Source of the DNA: an uncultured Candidatus Saccharibacteria bacterium | GTDB taxonomy: Bacteria; Patescibacteriota; Dojkabacteria; JAHIVN01 | NCBI GenBank assembly: GCA_964572065.1 | Contig: CAZNER010000030.1 | Location: 1-16,895 of the forward strand | Length of the DNA stretch: 16,895 bases | Direction: 5' to 3' | Shown: piece by piece, positions 13,801 through 16,895 of the stretch | How positions within the stretch are numbered: the first letter of the stretch is position 1 | How the letters are laid out: each line of letters opens with the position of its first letter | Translations under genes and position numbers: made by a program | The notes under the pieces: generated by a model | Seen by the model: only the letters and a program-made list of their open reading frames with translations | Told to the model about the DNA's origin: nothing | The model's database searches: none

Positions 13801-16074
13801 CAATATTACTGGTGTTGTTAGATAGTTTGTAGTAAGAGGATAATTATCCTGAGCGTAAGGTGCAGTCATAGTAAAGTTGTCTATCTGGTATTGAAGTTGA
13901 GTGTCTCCTACTCCATCACCATCTAAGTCTATTCCTGTGTAATCATCCCAACTATTTCCTTCGGATCCATCATCCCAAACTGATTCTGATCTATCGTCAA
14001 TAGCATTTCTATCATTATCATAGAAACTATTATGATGTGCAGTAATTGGTGAACTGTAGTAAGCAGGAGGATAATGAAGATTCCATAAACCGACTTCATT
14101 ATCAAATATATTGTTGTTAGTAATAGCCACATTTAATCCGATTTCAAAGGATAATACTCCTACTGCAGAATTAGAATCTGGTATAAAGAAATTATTGCTT
14201 ATATAGTTTCCAGTAATTTGACAATTCTGGATATCTGATATTTGTATTCCATTTTGAGATATTAGATCGGTTGGACCAATTCCTGTTATAGTATTACCTG
14301 CTATAATAGAGTTGATAGAATCACTTAAAGTTACGCCATTTTTTTGATAGTTATTTATTTGACAGCTTAAAAGATTGACATTATATGTTATTCCATCATT
14401 TGCTCCGCTATAAAAAGCTGCCCCATGGCGTTCACTGCTAGTTGGCGTGTCTTTTATATTTATTATTCCGCAGTTTTGGACTGTTCCTCCAGCATTTCTA
14501 TAAGCAATTCCATAGAAGCGGTTATTTGCGTTTCCTTTTCCAGCACCATTAATAGTAAAATCCTCAATAATAACATTGTTTGCATTATTTACATAAACAA
14601 TTGGATAATTTGAGTAAGTGGTTCCACTAATTAAAGATGTCCATTTACTAACTAAATTGTCTGGGCTTGTTACTGTTGTAGAAGCGGTTCCAGCACCTGA
14701 TAGTGTTAGGTTCTTTTGTATATCCAGTTGTTCTTCATAATTTCCTTCTGCAACATAAACAGTTCCATCTTCTAAAACAGCATCTATCCCTTCCTGTATA
14801 GTTGCGAAGCCGTTGTAACCAAAATATCTTCCTGAACCTAAATCATCTCCATTACTATATCCTATCCAATCATCATCTACCCAAACTTCACTTGGAGACT
14901 CAGTTGACTGAATCATTACTGCATCAGCTGCAAGAAGACCGTCTGGATCTTCGTTGCTATTTTCAAGTATTACAAAATAAGTAGAGCCAGTTGCATAATT
15001 ATATGTTCCTAATTGATACCAGCCACCGCTGCCTGAAGTTTGATCTACCTGTATAGGTAAAATTGTACTTCCTCCTTGATAAGTAACAGTGTAATTAACG
15101 GGATTTCCATGAGAAGTATCTCCTGGCCACCGTGCATAAATTTCATATTCACCATTTTCAATTACACTAAATTGCCACTGAGCTCTTCTTCCTACTGTTG
15201 TATCTGATAAAAGATAATTCCCGTTATAACTTGATGCATTATCTGTTAAAGTCCATGTACCACCTGATGTAGTACATTCATCATCTTCATTATCTATAAT
15301 CATTTGCAGGTTTGAAACTGGAGGTGGTGATGGATTATCTACAACGACATAGGTAGTAAGATGATCTATTCCTGAAGCTTTTACGTAGTTACTTGTATTT
15401 TCTTCACCTGAAATATCGTTAAAGTTTGTATTGTCATTAGAATATTTAATTTCAAGTTCTTTGTTTGAATAATCGGCAGGTATAGGCATGTAAATAGTAA
15501 ATTCAAACTCGCCGTTTTGCATATCTGATGTTATGTCATAAGCATTACCGATTATATTTGCATTTCCTATTTTATCTCCGATATCGACTTTTTCGATATT
15601 TAATTTACTGCTTTCTGTTGGAAGTTTTGTAAATACTATTTTTAGATTGTCAAATTCATCTATAGTATATTCGAAATCTTGGACAATATTTTCATTTGTA
15701 TAATGTCTATTCCCATCTACTGACCAAACTGAAGGTTTTGCCGCTAAATTAGATTTTTCTTCATCATTAGAATTATCTTCCTCAGTTTCATTATTAATTT
15801 CATCATTTGTCTCGGAGTTTTCCTGTTCATCTTCGGTTTCTTGCTCTTCTTCATCATTATAGGGTGATGGAGTTGTATTTAATTCTTCTTGCTCATTTTC
15901 TACAGTTTCTTCTTCTTCAAATTCATCCTCATATAAGTCTGGTGAAGGTATAGTTTTGTCCTTTAATGCGAATATTGATAAAGGAAGTACTGCATTAAAA
16001 AGCAATAATATAATTACCGAAGTTGCTAATGTTTTTGATACAGAATTGGTTTTTTTCTGTGAAAGTGAAAACAT
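10864..16074 (-). CDS. giant cell-surface protein (about 1736 aa from ATG 16074)
   Basis: Domain order, minus strand, N to C (coordinates approximate):
- Signal/anchor: MFSLSQKKTNSVSKTLATSVIILLLFNAVLPLSIFA.
- Acidic low-complexity region, 15745-15955.
- Carbohydrate-binding-like beta-sandwich, 14905-15290 (W..W..Y.IYARWP...Y.V).
- Right-handed parallel beta-helix, PbH1/NosD-like repeats, 13990-14890 (NV.I..F.I.G.., N..I.GN.I).
- Ig/FN3-like modules, then two PKD domains, 11390-11935 (DYGDG...HTY...G.Y.V).
- SdrD-B/Cna-B-like domain, 11070-11275 (ISGYVF.D.N.N..D..E.G..N..V).
- C-terminal TM segment plus a KNKKSK tail.
The start is moved from the track's 16188 because a consensus promoter lies inside that extension. 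Confidence 0.9.
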   Translation of the reverse strand: MFSLSQKKTNSVSKTLATSVIILLLFNAVLPLSIFALKDKTIPSPDLYEDEFEEEETVENEQEELNTTPSPYNDEEEQETEDEQENSETNDEINNETEEDNSNDEEKSNLAAKPSVWSVDGNRHYTNENIVQDFEYTIDEFDNLKIVFTKLPTESSKLNIEKVDIGDKIGNANIIGNAYDITSDMQNGEFEFTIYMPIPADYSNKELEIKYSNDNTNFNDISGEENTSNYVKASGIDHLTTYVVVDNPSPPPVSNLQMIIDNEDDECTTSGGTWTLTDNASSYNGNYLLSDTTVGRRAQWQFSVIENGEYEIYARWPGDTSHGNPVNYTVTYQGGSTILPIQVDQTSGSGGWYQLGTYNYATGSTYFVILENSNEDPDGLLAADAVMIQSTESPSEVWVDDDWIGYSNGDDLGSGRYFGYNGFATIQEGIDAVLEDGTVYVAEGNYEEQLDIQKNLTLSGAGTASTTVTSPDNLVSKWTSLISGTTYSNYPIVYVNNANNVIIEDFTINGAGKGNANNRFYGIAYRNAGGTVQNCGIINIKDTPTSSERHGAAFYSGANDGITYNVNLLSCQINNYQKNGVTLSDSINSIIAGNTITGIGPTDLISQNGIQISDIQNCQITGNYISNNFFIPDSNSAVGVLSFEIGLNVAITNNNIFDNEVGLWNLHYPPAYYSSPITAHHNSFYDNDRNAIDDRSESVWDDGSEGNSWDDYTGIDLDGDGVGDTQLQYQIDNFTMTAPYAQDNYPLTTNYLTTPVILAPPNTAFYPTSASEVDWTDSDGTFPSFEYQFEAYGDTAYSNLVWDSSGWITNSEISTLGIPDGMYYIRVRARDSEGNESYWSNGVSNTYVIVLDTNPPVTTLTSPADDTYWNTDIPIQGTTEDYSTLLYVDIYYRNTGTIDPWTLIETLTDSDGINNPFDWTYNWNPDLMPASNPPHEGSYDIRAIATDILGHIESDGHATNITYDITDPVPVITQPNNNEVVNGTINITGTITELHLDNYELSIHPVSDPSDITFIASGGNTNVSADFNTTILPDGEYVLNLEAVDRATNSAEDSINIIIDNTHPTVEITYPIQFYLSDIFTIRGTVEDDNPYSYELIIEDGIGNYVEGTGLILEPNSFNNQPIMSWDTTGINGLHTITLTAQDEAGNQNDDIITVIIDNIDPDANITNPHDGDTVGGTISINGNIIDDNFDEYTLTIYPNGDPGNIVETFNGISQSFTHEFNTLTYISQDPNFGDGVYTIELYALDLAGHEDTTTINITVDNTKPFIEPELEDSNYNEGDNIEVDITGKDDISLDQLCYQIVEIDGGVFTCLSGNGVEYTWTLELTTLYPQMLQNGVYQLEYYLLDSSTPANQSDSDPDTTGDQNYITTFTVNNVKPNVIPPTDQEIIEGQSTNKLTASFTDPSYIEGSGNDPDDAPWTVTIDYGDGTSIKTIAVMNEPGEFSIPSHTYIYNGIYTVTIKVAESEDGSNESGIAIFKVKVEDKQPTVSISAYPSNKVYAWVPITLTASVEGGNEPYTYEWSGICQGSNPQTTIKARPGIYTCTIKVTDVDGDKVTETMTLTFYPHIIDTADDQDETDESNDNDTDESENVLSIVDCGKKSKISGYVFIDDNKNNNKDEDEKGLNNIQIEVYFDESENGDRIASAKTNNEGYWETELCQGEYSLTINLEDLPDNAELEWGNYIFITVEENENINNINFPVIKYGSFLEQFNVLWCILPFVFILIVSIFLYFKNKKSK
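11960..13521 (-). repeat. five tandem Ig-like modules (about 96-112 aa each) inside the giant gene
   Basis: Module boundaries are marked by D-x-(T/I/N)-x-P linkers: DTNPP (about 13521), DITDP (about 13185), DNTHP (about 12897), DNIDP (about 12603), DNTKP (about 12294) and NNVKP (about 11960). Recurring internal motifs are I.G...D.N...Y.L and DG.Y.(L/I)...A.D.AGN. The copies are diverged at nucleotide level. Confidence 0.7.
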
Positions 16075-16113
16075 ATTTGTTAAAGCAAATATTTTAATGA
16101 GGCAGCTATAGAT

Positions 16114-16142
16114 ATTATATATTAGTATAGGATAAATATCAA
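16114..16142 (-). promoter_or_regulatory. sigma70-type promoter of the giant surface protein gene
   Basis: On the minus strand: TTGATA (16137-16142), a 17-nt spacer, TATAAT (16114-16119), then a 39-nt leader to ATG 16074. Confidence 0.6.
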
Positions 16143-16191
16143 TAAGAGATATGCACTTTAAATATATATTGATGGTATAGATTTGCATTAA

Positions 16192-16306
16192 GGCTCCATT
16201 ACGGATAATGGAGCCAACGACTACCTGCTATGATACGCATAGCGTTGCCTGCTAGCAACGATAACATAGCTTTTCGGGCTAGCAGGCGAGCAGATAATTG
16301 AGCCAG
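16192..16306. repeat. family E GC-rich structured element, copy 2
   Basis: About 50% GC (hand count 58/115). Hairpin ggctccatt-acggat-aatggagcc (16192-16215, 9 bp) is followed by an extra hairpin gctatg-atacg-catagc (16227-16243). The GC hairpin gcctgctagc / gctagcaggc (16247-16287) is 10 bp with a 21-nt loop. Then comes gagcag. The direct repeat ataatggagcca (16205-16216) / ataattgagcca (16294-16305) is 11/12 identical. Block order is the same as at 2838-2921. Confidence 0.6.
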
Positions 16307-16335
16307 CAAGTTTATCAGTTATTATTATTTTTATT

Positions 16336-16713
16336 CTAATCCGTAAATGGGGCTGGTGGAGGTGGAGATGAATTATCTGTACTATTATCTGAGTTATCTG
16401 ATGAATCTGAATTATAGTGGTCGTCTTCTAAGTAGTCTGAGTCATCAGATGTGCTGTCTGAATTTTGTGGAGAGCCATTAGAATATTCATTTGTCAAATC
16501 ATTATTATCTGTGGATTCTGGCAGTTTTTCTCCATTAGGTTCTTCGTAATTATCTTGAATAAATAAAACATTATCTTTTTCTTCTTGTTTTATGAAATTA
16601 CCGTTATTATAGGTTTTTTGAGGATTAATTATTAGTAAGAAGATCAAATTAACAAGAAGTAACAAGAGGATGATAATTATTGCTATGCGTTTATCTATTG
16701 ACAGATGATTCAT
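16336..16713 (-). CDS. small membrane-anchored protein with an acidic Ser/Asp/Asn-rich tail (about 125 aa)
   Basis: ATG at 16713 (MNHLSIDKR..) is preferred over the track's GTG at 16731, because a TTGACA-17-GATAAT promoter ends 10 nt upstream of that ATG. The TM anchor is IAIIIILLLLLVNLIFLLII. The tail is acidic and low-complexity, ending SSPPPPAPFTD. TAG stop. Confidence 0.7.
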   Translation of the reverse strand: MNHLSIDKRIAIIIILLLLLVNLIFLLIINPQKTYNNGNFIKQEEKDNVLFIQDNYEEPNGEKLPESTDNNDLTNEYSNGSPQNSDSTSDDSDYLEDDHYNSDSSDNSDNSTDNSSPPPPAPFTD

Positions 16714-16723
16714 AGTACACTGT

Positions 16724-16752
16724 ATTATCACATAGAAATGTTAATATGTCAA
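16724..16752 (-). promoter_or_regulatory. sigma70-type promoter (TG-extended -10), near-leaderless geometry
   Basis: On the minus strand: TTGACA (16747-16752), a 17-nt spacer, then GATAAT (16724-16729) preceded by TGT. Only 10 nt separate it from ATG 16713. Confidence 0.55.
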
Positions 16753-16895
16753 TGAAATAGACATGTATTGACTATATAATTTGAACAATATAGTTATATT
16801 ATTGCTGTATTAGTATTTAGTAATATGTTAATTTAGGAAAAAGTCCTATAATCTGGTTATTGAGCGTATCTATAGGTTTTTTGATTATAATAAAA

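Noticed and set aside
16075-16188. 38-codon N-terminal extension of the giant ORF (MQIYTINIYLKCISLIDIY...).
   Set aside because: The extension contains the TTGATA-17-TATAAT promoter and is low-complexity I/Y/L sequence. ATG 16074 begins a canonical sequence of basic residues followed by a hydrophobic signal/anchor.

Overview
AT-rich window (roughly 30% GC by eye) that uses the standard genetic code: ORFs of 1774, 705 and 429 aa are intact, and TAA, TAG and TGA all act as stops. Shine-Dalgarno motifs are almost absent. The style fits a small-genome, CPR/Patescibacteria-like bacterium, but that is inference only.

Layout:
(1) 1-2765: a plus-strand cluster of small proteins with no recognisable domains. 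I read them as diverged tandem paralogs, one of them split by an in-frame TAG. They are divergent from a partial minus-strand ORF at the left edge.
(2) 2960-8162: a housekeeping block.
- tyrS (minus) is preceded by a recognisable T-box leader with a GGUGGUACCGC box, a UAC specifier candidate and a terminator.
- Divergent from tyrS is an aromatic-amino-acid-type permease followed by tsaC.
- The block ends with an alpha/beta hydrolase that converges on, and overlaps, a guanine deaminase.
(3) 8180-16713: a minus-strand array.
- It runs small membrane-anchored acidic protein, then a 5.2 kb giant surface protein, then a second small anchored acidic protein, then a CHASE2 class III adenylate cyclase, then guaD.
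- The giant protein contains a beta-helix, five Ig-like modules, two PKD domains and an SdrD-B-like domain.

The most unusual content is non-coding. Two families of GC-enriched structured intergenic elements each occur twice in the same orientation.
- Family E (2838-2921 and 16192-16306) has conserved sequence blocks, compensatory stem changes and an element-specific 12-nt flanking direct repeat.
- Family H (1978-2096 and 6521-6624) has a small T/A-run hairpin, then a perfect 13-bp stem closing a 42-nt loop, then a reiterated C-tract.

I do not recognise either as a named RNA family. No tRNA, rRNA, CRISPR array or transposase is visible.
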